In this document: positions 8,621 to 16,052 of the stretch, in pieces
Position numbering within the stretch: the stretch's first letter is position 1
Layout of the letters: each line of letters begins with the position of its first letter
From: an archaeon
GTDB lineage: Archaea > SpSt-1190 > DYHY01
Direction: 5' to 3'
Length of the DNA: 26,285 nucleotides
NCBI GenBank assembly: GCA_043803745.1
Contig: JAZDJS010000043.1
Coordinates: 1-26,285 of the forward strand
Program-made: the position numbers and the translations under genes
The notes under the pieces: generated by a model
What the model saw: only the letters and a program-made list of their open reading frames with translations
Database searches by the model: none
What the model was told of the DNA's origin: nothing

Positions 8621-9247
8621 ATGGACGCGCTCACGGCAATCAAGTCAAGGAGAAGCATAAGATCCTTCCGCTCGGACAGGGTCCCGATAAAAACGATTTA
8701 CAAGCTTATTGACGCGGCAAGATGGGCCCCTTCAGCAGGCAACCTGCAGTCGTGGGAATTCATCCTTGTCGAGGATGCGACCGCCAAAAAGCAGCTTGCG
8801 GCAGCATCCCTTAGCCAGGAATTCATTTCAACCGCCCCGGTTGTAATCGTTGCCTGCGCGGACACCGAGCGGAGCGCCGTCAAATACGGCTCGCGCGGGA
8901 AATACTTTTACAGCATTGTCGACGTTTCGGCGGCAATCGAGAACATGATGATTGCGGCAACTTCTCTAGGTCTTGGAACCTGCTGGGTCGGCTCATTCAA
9001 CAACAACATTGTGCGCGACGTCCTGGGGCTCCCGGAAGGGATTGCGCCTGTCGCGATAATTCCCGTCGGCTATCCTGCTGATGACGGAGTGAGAACTGCA
9101 AGGACAAGCCTTGGCAACATCCTCCATTTCGAGAAATTCGGCAAGTTCCAGACAATAAGGACCGGAGATTCGGATGAGAGCCCTCCGCCCAAGGCCACAA
9201 AATCGAAAGACAGCCGGGGTCCGGGGCTTTTGGACATTTTCCGGTGA
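8621..9247 (+). CDS. Nitroreductase family protein
   Basis: RRSIRSF, WAPSAGNLQSWEF, ENMMIAATSLGLGTCWVG, IPVGYP. Confidence 0.95.
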   Translation: MDALTAIKSRRSIRSFRSDRVPIKTIYKLIDAARWAPSAGNLQSWEFILVEDATAKKQLAAASLSQEFISTAPVVIVACADTERSAVKYGSRGKYFYSIVDVSAAIENMMIAATSLGLGTCWVGSFNNNIVRDVLGLPEGIAPVAIIPVGYPADDGVRTARTSLGNILHFEKFGKFQTIRTGDSDESPPPKATKSKDSRGPGLLDIFR

Positions 9248-9296
9248 GTTTTCAAGCAAACAACTTTAAGCCCTGACTCCTTACGAATGGTGTCGA

Positions 9297-10253
9297 ATGG
9301 GGAGCGGTGACAAGTATTCGAACGTTGTCGGAATCCGGGGCGCCGACAGCCTCGGGCAATACGTTGTCTTGAGCGCCCTTGGCAGGGTCGGGGAAACCGA
9401 TTACCATCCGCATTCGTTCGGTTCTGGGACTTTTGGATTTTTGTCCCTCGAGGATCCCCGAGGGTTTCCCGACCAAGAAAGCATCACAAGGATGTCTTTC
9501 GAATGCGCCCAGACTGTGCGGAGGGATGTAAAATACCAACGGAGCCTCGCGGTTGCCCATGCGCTTTCGGCAGGCGGCTTCAGTTACTCCTTTGACGATC
9601 TCGGCGCAAGGCTCCCTCTGGATTGCTACATTTCCGGCGCAAACAAAGAAGGCTGCGACGAAGTGTTCGTCGGCGTTCCGTTCGCAGTGACTATGAGGCC
9701 TTTTGGAACCTCCGGAACCTCCGGAACCTCCGGAGCCCCAAAACCTTTCTGGGAGCAGCAAGTACTTGTCGAAATAACTGAAGCGCCCTCCTACTGTCCC
9801 GGAAAAATACGGTTCGTCCAGATGTTGAGCGGGCTTGTCGCGCCCCATCCCGTTGACGTCGCATGGGAACTTTTGGAGGCTGCGGGCGAGCGGCATTGCA
9901 TTTTAAGAGTTCTTGTCGGCGGCCCAGCAGGTCTTGCTTCCGGGACTTGCGCGCATTACAATTTTTTCATGGGAGACGGGGATGTTGGCGAATATGACTG
10001 GGCCGCTCGTTCGGATTCCTCTCCATACTGTTCCGAGTTGATTTCCTCTGCAAAGCCTCCAGAAACCGCGTTCGAAGCAGCCGCAATCGCGGCATATGCG
10101 GTTAACGAGCTGCCGCCTTTTGAAAAGGGTGAGTTTCTAGATTCGGCAACGAAGATTTTCATCTGCCGGTCAAGCGGGGCGCATCAATTTTTTCCGGGGG
10201 AACTCTCCGCAAGAAGAGGAAACCGTAAGAAAATCCCGCAGGGAGCCGACTGA
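9297..10253 (+). CDS. Hypothetical protein, possible diverged proteasome-subunit/Ntn-hydrolase fold
   Basis: 318 aa. Segments SNVVGIRG..VVLSALGR, LRVLVGG, DWAARSDSSPY and FEAAAIAAYAV resemble proteasome-beta elements in the right order. The CDS is fairly safe; the fold is inference. Confidence 0.6.
   Translation: MGSGDKYSNVVGIRGADSLGQYVVLSALGRVGETDYHPHSFGSGTFGFLSLEDPRGFPDQESITRMSFECAQTVRRDVKYQRSLAVAHALSAGGFSYSFDDLGARLPLDCYISGANKEGCDEVFVGVPFAVTMRPFGTSGTSGTSGAPKPFWEQQVLVEITEAPSYCPGKIRFVQMLSGLVAPHPVDVAWELLEAAGERHCILRVLVGGPAGLASGTCAHYNFFMGDGDVGEYDWAARSDSSPYCSELISSAKPPETAFEAAAIAAYAVNELPPFEKGEFLDSATKIFICRSSGAHQFFPGELSARRGNRKKIPQGAD
9705..9734 (+). repeat. In-frame 9-bp tandem repeat (GGAACCTCC)x3 encoding GTSGTSGTSG
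   Basis: Three exact copies plus GGA. Confidence 0.9.
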
Positions 10254-10257
10254 GAGA

Positions 10258-10749
10258 ATGCAAAACTCCGCGCCTCTTTGGATCTACACCGAACCGGCAA
10301 GGTCGGAAACCCCTGAACGGGAGGTTCTTGTAATTGATTTCCCCGTCCTTGGCGTTTCCTTTGTCAATTACAAGCCGGAGGATTACGAATATGCCGCAAA
10401 AGCGCTCGGGAAGGAGATTGAAAAACGCGCCCGGGAAATACTTATTCTTGACGACAGGAAAAAATCAGGAATCCTCCTTGAGCTTGCACGGGTGAGATTT
10501 CCGGAAACCGCGGAAACCTCGGAGAAGCGCGCCGAAATCCTTGTGCCGCTTGCGAAAGCATTCCCGCAGGAAATCCCCTACGAAGCAGTTCTTGGGGAAT
10601 TCGCGGAAAGGGAACCTGAGAAATATCCGCACCTTGAGAAAGCAGCCCTTGTCTGGTTCCGTTCCCCCGGGGAAGATTCCCTGCGCTATTTCATCGACCT
10701 CCGGCTCCAGGTAAGCTATCTTGAAACAAGGGGCGCAGAACTCCAGTAG
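10258..10749 (+). CDS. Hypothetical protein
   Basis: 163 aa, ATG 4 nt after the upstream stop, so probably co-transcribed. Confidence 0.7.
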   Translation: MQNSAPLWIYTEPARSETPEREVLVIDFPVLGVSFVNYKPEDYEYAAKALGKEIEKRAREILILDDRKKSGILLELARVRFPETAETSEKRAEILVPLAKAFPQEIPYEAVLGEFAEREPEKYPHLEKAALVWFRSPGEDSLRYFIDLRLQVSYLETRGAELQ

Positions 10750-10750
10750 A

Positions 10751-10906
10751 CTAGAACAATCTCGACTGCTTTTCCGGGATTTTCAGTGACGGTTTTGTTG
10801 AACTCTGCTCAATTTTGTTAATGTCGAAAAGGAGCTTCTCCCGCTCCTCAAGGATTTTCCTGACCTGCTCGTTCAAAGCCTTCAAATCGTTTTCGCTAAG
10901 ACCCAT
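10751..10906 (-). CDS. Small hypothetical coiled-coil protein (51 aa; absent from the ORF track)
   Basis: Hand translation MGLSENDLKALNEQVRKILEEREKLLFDINKIEQSSTKPSLKIPEKQSRLF*. ATG 4 nt after the stop of the 86-aa gene, and the ORF fills the gap exactly. Confidence 0.7.
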   Translation of the reverse strand: MGLSENDLKALNEQVRKILEEREKLLFDINKIEQSSTKPSLKIPEKQSRLF

Positions 10907-10910
10907 TTAT

Positions 10911-11171
10911 TTACCCCAGCACCCTTCCAACTAGGATGTTGGCAAGTCCGGAAAATAAATCTGCCGCTGCTTGGCCCATAAAAAGGACTTTTTCAAACCC
11001 AAAACGTGCCAACCCCGTTGCCCAGAGAAAATAGAGGAAAGCGGCAAGGGAAAAGATGCTGAGGACGATTCTGATTGGCGCGGTGATTTTTTTGAAAAGC
11101 GCAAGCGCAACAAAGACTGAAATCACCAGAATGAAAATGAAAACATTTATCCAGGTGAATGAGAGGGACAT
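10911..11171 (-). CDS. Small membrane protein
   Basis: 86 aa with two clear hydrophobic helices; TTTTAAA-type box about 25 nt upstream. Confidence 0.75.
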   Translation of the reverse strand: MSLSFTWINVFIFILVISVFVALALFKKITAPIRIVLSIFSLAAFLYFLWATGLARFGFEKVLFMGQAAADLFSGLANILVGRVLG

Positions 11172-11267
11172 TTTCCTTTCAAATTACGCGGAAGTTTAAA
11201 AAGTTTCTTTGAAAGCGCTTTTTAACCACTTGAAAAACGTTATAAATTCAACTTGGTTCAGGGAGGA

Positions 11268-12335
11268 ATGCCTTCAACCCAACTGAACCTTTCGAATGTT
11301 GTCCTTGCATATCGGAGCCCGGAAACCGTTGTTTTCGTTTCGCCGTTCGATTTTGCCGAAGGCTTTTTTGCAAACCTTTCAGTTGACGAACGGAAGGACT
11401 TGATCGGAGCCCTTGGGGAAACATGGGGAAATTTCAGGGAAGCTGTCAGGGGAAAGGAAAGGTCTCACCCGTTCAATAGGGAGCCGGACGAAATTTTCAG
11501 GAAAAGGGAATGGTCAAGCGATGCAGTCTCCGGGGAGGCAAAGCCCTCAAGCGGGCTGATCAGAAAGCCGCCGGGGGCTTACAAGGTCGGTGCAAAGGGG
11601 CTTTTCAAGCCGGAGGAGGGATATACCCAGATGGATTGCGGCTGCCCGAAGAGCGTTATCGCAGGGATAAGGGATGAGGCTGCCGTATCAAGCAGCTCCT
11701 GCGCACATTCCGCCGGGTTTTTGGTTGCGTTCTACCGGCATCAGCTTGGGAAGGACGGAGCCCCGGAATTCAGGCAAGTCCATGGAAAGGATGACGGGCG
11801 CGTGCCGTTCGTCCCATTCATTTTCACACCAATGCAAGCGGGCCAGGCAATTGTCAACCATTATCTTGGCGGGGAAACCCAGATGGGAATAAACCTGGAA
11901 CTCTTGAACGGCCTTGGGGAAAAATACACGCATGCCGCTGTCCGGGAAGCAATGCGTAAGCACCGCCTGAGAATTGAGGGACTAAAGGCCTCTCAGGAGG
12001 GAATGGACACCGCAGAATATGAGGAAATCCGGAGGCAGCAAAAGGAGCTTGAGGGCGAAGGATTCGTCCGCCAGGGAATCTGGGTTGCGCCGGATGGGGT
12101 TACTGCCGGCTGGAACTATTTGAATCCAAAAAACGGGTTCGTGACCCGTTTCTTCTACGACGAGAGAGAAGGTCCCCTCTGCCTTGCCGGGAGCTATAGC
12201 AGGGGAACATTCAAGCTTCCCAAATTCGACCCAAAATTTAAGCTTGAGGTGGACGACCAGGGAGAGATGACTGACACTTGGAACGGGATGCTTTTGACCT
12301 ATGAGATAACTCCGCTCAAGCGCGCCGAAAGGTGA
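11268..12335 (+). CDS. SWIM zinc-finger-containing hypothetical protein
   Basis: YKV...DCGCP-x17-CAH fits the SWIM CxCx(n)CxH pattern. ATG 11268 follows TTATAAA at 11240-11246 (track start 11253 is TTG). Confidence 0.7.
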   Translation: MPSTQLNLSNVVLAYRSPETVVFVSPFDFAEGFFANLSVDERKDLIGALGETWGNFREAVRGKERSHPFNREPDEIFRKREWSSDAVSGEAKPSSGLIRKPPGAYKVGAKGLFKPEEGYTQMDCGCPKSVIAGIRDEAAVSSSSCAHSAGFLVAFYRHQLGKDGAPEFRQVHGKDDGRVPFVPFIFTPMQAGQAIVNHYLGGETQMGINLELLNGLGEKYTHAAVREAMRKHRLRIEGLKASQEGMDTAEYEEIRRQQKELEGEGFVRQGIWVAPDGVTAGWNYLNPKNGFVTRFFYDEREGPLCLAGSYSRGTFKLPKFDPKFKLEVDDQGEMTDTWNGMLLTYEITPLKRAER

Positions 12336-12344
12336 GATTTCCGA

Positions 12345-12548
12345 AGAAGAAACGGGGGTTCTGATGACGCCTTGCAACGAAACTTTAGGAAAGTCCTCCG
12401 CAGAGGATCTCGCACGATTTCACCAAACCGCCCGTTCAGTTGCTTCAGTTGCGAACGGGCAGCGGGGGGTAGGATTAACCTTGCTCCGCAGAGCATCCGT
12501 GCCTTAGCACCGGAAAAACTGGGGGGTCGAAGACCCCACGGGTTGGAG
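12345..12548 (-). ncRNA. Putative structured RNA in the tRNA-Asn 3' trailer
   Basis: Minus-strand hairpins: GGGGTC-TTC-GACCCC, TCCGGTGC-TAAG-GCACGGA, TGCTC-TGCG-GAGCA, GCCCGTTC...GAACGGGC (extended by G-U pairs on this strand only), TCCTC-TGCG-GAGGA. Confidence 0.5.
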
Positions 12549-12620
12549 CGCCTTGAGCAGGACTCGGACCTGCGACCTAGTGGTTAACAGCCACTCGCTC
12601 TACCGCTGAGCTATCAAGGC
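12549..12620 (-). tRNA. tRNA-Asn (GTT)
   Basis: Reverse complement GCCTTGA TA GCTC AGCGGTA GAGC G AGTGG CTGTTAA CCACT AGGTC GCAGG TCCGAGT CCTGC TCAAGGC G. CCA not encoded. Confidence 0.95.
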
Positions 12621-12650
12621 TTTCTCGGCTGGCTGCAGTCCGCGGAAGGA

Positions 12651-12657
12651 TTTATAA
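12651..12657. promoter_or_regulatory. Bidirectional TATA box between tRNA-Asn and the lycopene-cyclase-domain gene
   Basis: TTTATAA (reverse TTATAAA), 30 nt from the tRNA 5' end and 25 nt from ATG 12683. Confidence 0.55.
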
Positions 12658-12682
12658 CGATTTCTAGGAGATATTTTGCGGA

Positions 12683-13411
12683 ATGCCGGAAAGCTATACC
12701 TACCTGATTGGAAGCCTTCTGACATTTGTTTTTTTCATTTTCCTTTACCTGAGAAGGAAGGATGTCCGGGAGGAAATGCTTTTTTCCGGAATAATTTTCA
12801 TCTTTCCCGCAATTTTCGTCCAGGCATTTTTCTGGACACGGGACTGGTGGAGGATCCCGACGATAACAGGTACGAGGATAGGGATTGAGGATATTCTTTT
12901 CACAATATCCGTTGCAGGCGCTTGTTCCGCGTGCTACGAGGTACTTTTCAAGAAAAGGGTTTCGATCCGAAAGGGGCGGCACGCCCTCGACATCTTCCGG
13001 AAGAGGGAATTCTGGATATCGACTCTGTTTTTCCTCGTAACATTCACAATTGCCCACTATTTTCTCGGACTCACCTCATTCTGGGCATGGGTTGTTGTGA
13101 CAATAATCTTGGCACTTGCGTTGTGGCTTCTCAGGCGGGACTTGATAGTTGACTCGCTTGCAAGCGGGGCAATCTACGCAGCTTTTTCAATCCCAGTCTT
13201 TTTCCTTCTGAACCTGCTTGAGCCCGGATTTGTCCAGAAATACTGGTTTTTGGAGAAGCTTTCTGGAATAATTTTTCTCGGGGTCCCGCTCGAGGATTTG
13301 ATATGGTTCTTCACAATTGGCCTCTTGATTGGTCCGGTATACGAATTCTGGCAGGAAGGAACACTTAAAGATTATCCTGGAAAGGTCGGGACTAAATCGG
13401 CGCGACCTTGA
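12683..13411 (+). CDS. Lycopene cyclase domain-containing membrane protein (CrtYcd-like, two repeats)
   Basis: 242 aa, multiple TM helices, duplicated W...(IG/VP)(I/L)ED motif (RIGIEDILF, GVPLEDLIWF) and duplicated LRR(K)D. Confidence 0.7.
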   Translation: MPESYTYLIGSLLTFVFFIFLYLRRKDVREEMLFSGIIFIFPAIFVQAFFWTRDWWRIPTITGTRIGIEDILFTISVAGACSACYEVLFKKRVSIRKGRHALDIFRKREFWISTLFFLVTFTIAHYFLGLTSFWAWVVVTIILALALWLLRRDLIVDSLASGAIYAAFSIPVFFLLNLLEPGFVQKYWFLEKLSGIIFLGVPLEDLIWFFTIGLLIGPVYEFWQEGTLKDYPGKVGTKSARP

Positions 13412-14558
13412 GCGCATCCTTCAAAGTAAGCCCGAATCCGAAAAGACGTTCCCGCTCCCCTTCGTCAAGCTTCCCGAGGTTTTCGACAACCTTGTCAATC
13501 CTGTCGTTAGGCAGATTGTAAATCGCTTTGCTCAGGAGCATCCGGAACTTGCGGTCCTTCTGCATTCTCTCGAGCTCGGAGCAATATCGCGACAGGAACT
13601 TTCCGGAAAAATCGTTCTTCGAAAACGCATCAAGCGAAACCTTGGCGGCAAGCCGCCCGGACCGGAGAGCCTCCCGTATTCCTTCCCCGACAATCGGCTC
13701 AAGGGTTGAAACCGCATCTCCCGCCGCAATAAGACCGTCACCTACTGCCCTTTCGGATGTGTCCAGATAACCCGCGCCTCCGTGCATTTCAACAGGAGTT
13801 CCCTTCCTGAATCGTTCATCCGATTCGATTAGCAGTTTGAGCTGATGGAGCGGAGTTCCTCCGGCAGGTCTCTTTTTCATGAAGGCATCCATCCGCCAGC
13901 AGACTCCAACCCGCCCAGATGTTTCGCCCAGGGGATAAACCCAGTAGTAGCCGCCAGGAACCCTTTCAAAATCGAAGCCAATCACCCATGAGCGCGGATA
14001 TTCGACATCGAACCCATCCATCTCGAATTCGACTCCAACGCCATGGTTCGCAGTATCAAGATGCCTTATTCCCGCCTTTGTTGCAATTACTGCCGATGGT
14101 CCGGTTGCATCAATCACAAGGCGGCTTTTCGCGATTTGCTTCTCCCCATAGATGTTCCGATACTCGATGCCAACGACTTTTCCGCCTTCTATGATAGGTC
14201 CTTCGGCAACTGCGCCAAGAAGGAAATGCGCCCCGCTTCTCATCGCTTCCCTCGCAAGGAAGGATTTCAGATATGCGAAATCCAGGACGTGCCCTTTGCA
14301 GGGAAGCTTGCTTGTGTTTGTCCTCCCTTTGAAAACTAACGAGTCTATTTCCCAAAGGGATGTGCGTTTGGGAAGTCCGAATTCCAAAACAGTTTCATCA
14401 AGCGCGCCTGCAGTCGACTTCTTAGGCTGTCCTAGCTCGGTTGTTTCATCAATGAGTAGGACTGAAAGCTTGGAATTCTCCGAAAGATGCCGCGCGCATT
14501 CCCCGCCAGCCGGACCCGCCCCGACAACTATAACGTCAAAACTCTCTTCGTTTGCCAT
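13392..14558 (-). CDS. Geranylgeranyl reductase family FAD-dependent oxidoreductase
   Basis: GAGPAG dinucleotide-binding motif, IDATG, PGGYYWVYP (PxxYxWxFP-like), AAGDA...PIVGEGI. Confidence 0.88.
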   Translation of the reverse strand: MANEESFDVIVVGAGPAGGECARHLSENSKLSVLLIDETTELGQPKKSTAGALDETVLEFGLPKRTSLWEIDSLVFKGRTNTSKLPCKGHVLDFAYLKSFLAREAMRSGAHFLLGAVAEGPIIEGGKVVGIEYRNIYGEKQIAKSRLVIDATGPSAVIATKAGIRHLDTANHGVGVEFEMDGFDVEYPRSWVIGFDFERVPGGYYWVYPLGETSGRVGVCWRMDAFMKKRPAGGTPLHQLKLLIESDERFRKGTPVEMHGGAGYLDTSERAVGDGLIAAGDAVSTLEPIVGEGIREALRSGRLAAKVSLDAFSKNDFSGKFLSRYCSELERMQKDRKFRMLLSKAIYNLPNDRIDKVVENLGKLDEGERERLFGFGLTLKDALKVAPI

Positions 14559-14565
14559 TTTCCGT

Positions 14566-16005
14566 TCAGCTCTTTTCCGGGACCTTCTTCGCTTTCGAGA
14601 AGAACTCTATCGCGTCCGCAAGTTCCTGGTGGCTCTTCGCATGTTCCTCAATTGAAATCCCCTTCTGATATGCCTCGCAAGCCTGCACCAGCGCCGCCGC
14701 TCCCGCCTTCGTCCCCTTCGGATGGGCATGGCAGCCAGCTCCCATGGTCGTTATGAAATCGACGTTCCCCATTACATCGATGAACGGCTTCAGTAGCGTC
14801 GGATTAAGCCCGCCTGAAATGATGGGGCAGCATTTTTTCATCCCCCGCCAGCTGTCGTCCGAAAGGATTACGTGATGCGCCAAGTCTTTGTTGACAATCT
14901 CGACTGCATCCTCATCGTTTTCTGGAATCATCCCCCACTCCTGCTCGAAGAAAAGCCCCTTGCCCTTGAAGTTGAGTATGCTATGAGCCGCAACAACATC
15001 CTCCTCCGGGCTCCCCATCATTTTCCCAACCCCGGCAGTCCCGGTATGTATCCCGGAAGCCCCGGCAAGCCGGGCGAACTTGGAAAGGACCAAGACGGAA
15101 AATCCGAAAACGTTCTCAGGCCTGGTGAACGCGCCATGGGCAGCCCTGTGGAAATGGATGAAAACGTCCGGATACCTCCGGCGAAGGGTCTGGACAGCCA
15201 TCCAGCCCGCGGTTATCCCGTCAATCAGGAAACAGTAGCTTCCCGGCTCGAACCCGGCAGCCCGGATGAGCTCGCACCGCCTAACCATTTCATCAAAGTC
15301 GGCAGCCGAAACGTTGAAGGAATGCACTTTCTTCTTTCCCGTCTCACGCACCGCTTTGTCCATCGCCTGCTTGACATTGGGGACCATCTTGTCATATGGG
15401 CAGAAATCCTGGTCAGCCTGGGGCTCGTCGTTCTTGACGAAATCTCCGCCCCCGACCCAGAAATCGTAGCAGACTTCGGCATATTCGGCAGAGGTAAGTC
15501 CCATCTTCGGCTTGATAATCGTCCCGAGAATCGGCCTGTCGTAAATTCCCAGGTATTTCCTGAGGTCATCGAGGGTATAGCTCGGCCCGTCATATTGCTC
15601 AAGCATTGAGGGCGGGAACCAGACGTCAAGAAGCTTCAGCGCGCTTACTTCCTTCATTCCCAAAACGTTCCCGACAATATAGGTCAGGATGTTCTGGACG
15701 TTCCCCTTCCTGTCGAAGAGGCGCCAGGGATATGCTATCCAAACAAGATTTCTCTCCAAATCAATCCTGTAGACGAGCGCGTTCAGCTCCCTTGAGAACG
15801 GGGTCTCCGTCTTCACCGGGAAGTTAGTCCCTGTCGAGGATTCCGCAGCGATTTCAGCAGCAGCCTGGAGGAACGAAAGCCTCCCCCCAGGCACAAGGCG
15901 GAAGACTGAAAGCATATACTCCCCGTTCTTCGGGTCGCGCAGGGAGAGATTGACATATGCGAGCTGCTTGTCGTTGAGCGTTTTGAGCAAGTCCTCATGA
16001 GCCAT
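14566..16005 (-). CDS. rbcL: Ribulose-1,5-bisphosphate carboxylase large subunit, form II/III
   Basis: AESSTGT, GTIIKPKMG, GGDFVKNDEPQ (carbamylated Lys plus Asp/Glu), HFHRA, HTGTAGVGKM loop 6, SGG, GAG, and a 29-aa insertion before KKCCPIISGG. Confidence 0.93.
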   Translation of the reverse strand: MAHEDLLKTLNDKQLAYVNLSLRDPKNGEYMLSVFRLVPGGRLSFLQAAAEIAAESSTGTNFPVKTETPFSRELNALVYRIDLERNLVWIAYPWRLFDRKGNVQNILTYIVGNVLGMKEVSALKLLDVWFPPSMLEQYDGPSYTLDDLRKYLGIYDRPILGTIIKPKMGLTSAEYAEVCYDFWVGGGDFVKNDEPQADQDFCPYDKMVPNVKQAMDKAVRETGKKKVHSFNVSAADFDEMVRRCELIRAAGFEPGSYCFLIDGITAGWMAVQTLRRRYPDVFIHFHRAAHGAFTRPENVFGFSVLVLSKFARLAGASGIHTGTAGVGKMMGSPEEDVVAAHSILNFKGKGLFFEQEWGMIPENDEDAVEIVNKDLAHHVILSDDSWRGMKKCCPIISGGLNPTLLKPFIDVMGNVDFITTMGAGCHAHPKGTKAGAAALVQACEAYQKGISIEEHAKSHQELADAIEFFSKAKKVPEKS

Positions 16006-16052
16006 ATGCGGACGAAAGGTTTTTCCTATTTAATGGCTTCCACCAGGCGGAA

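Noticed and set aside
9252-9896. 214-aa minus-strand ORF and the many other antisense or alternative-frame ORFs
   Set aside because: Shadow frames of better supported genes, with no motifs or start signals.
12331-12372. CTGATGACGCCT resembles the 3' end of a fluoride riboswitch or a box C
   Set aside because: The 5' GATGGNGT element is absent, no gene lies downstream on this strand, and there is no terminal box D CTGA at the expected distance.
12387-12396. AGGAAAGTCC resembles the RNase P RNA CR-I motif GAGGAAAGUCC
   Set aside because: No CR-V/P4 partner or enclosing P1 helix was found, and wobble pairs and tetraloops favour the opposite strand.
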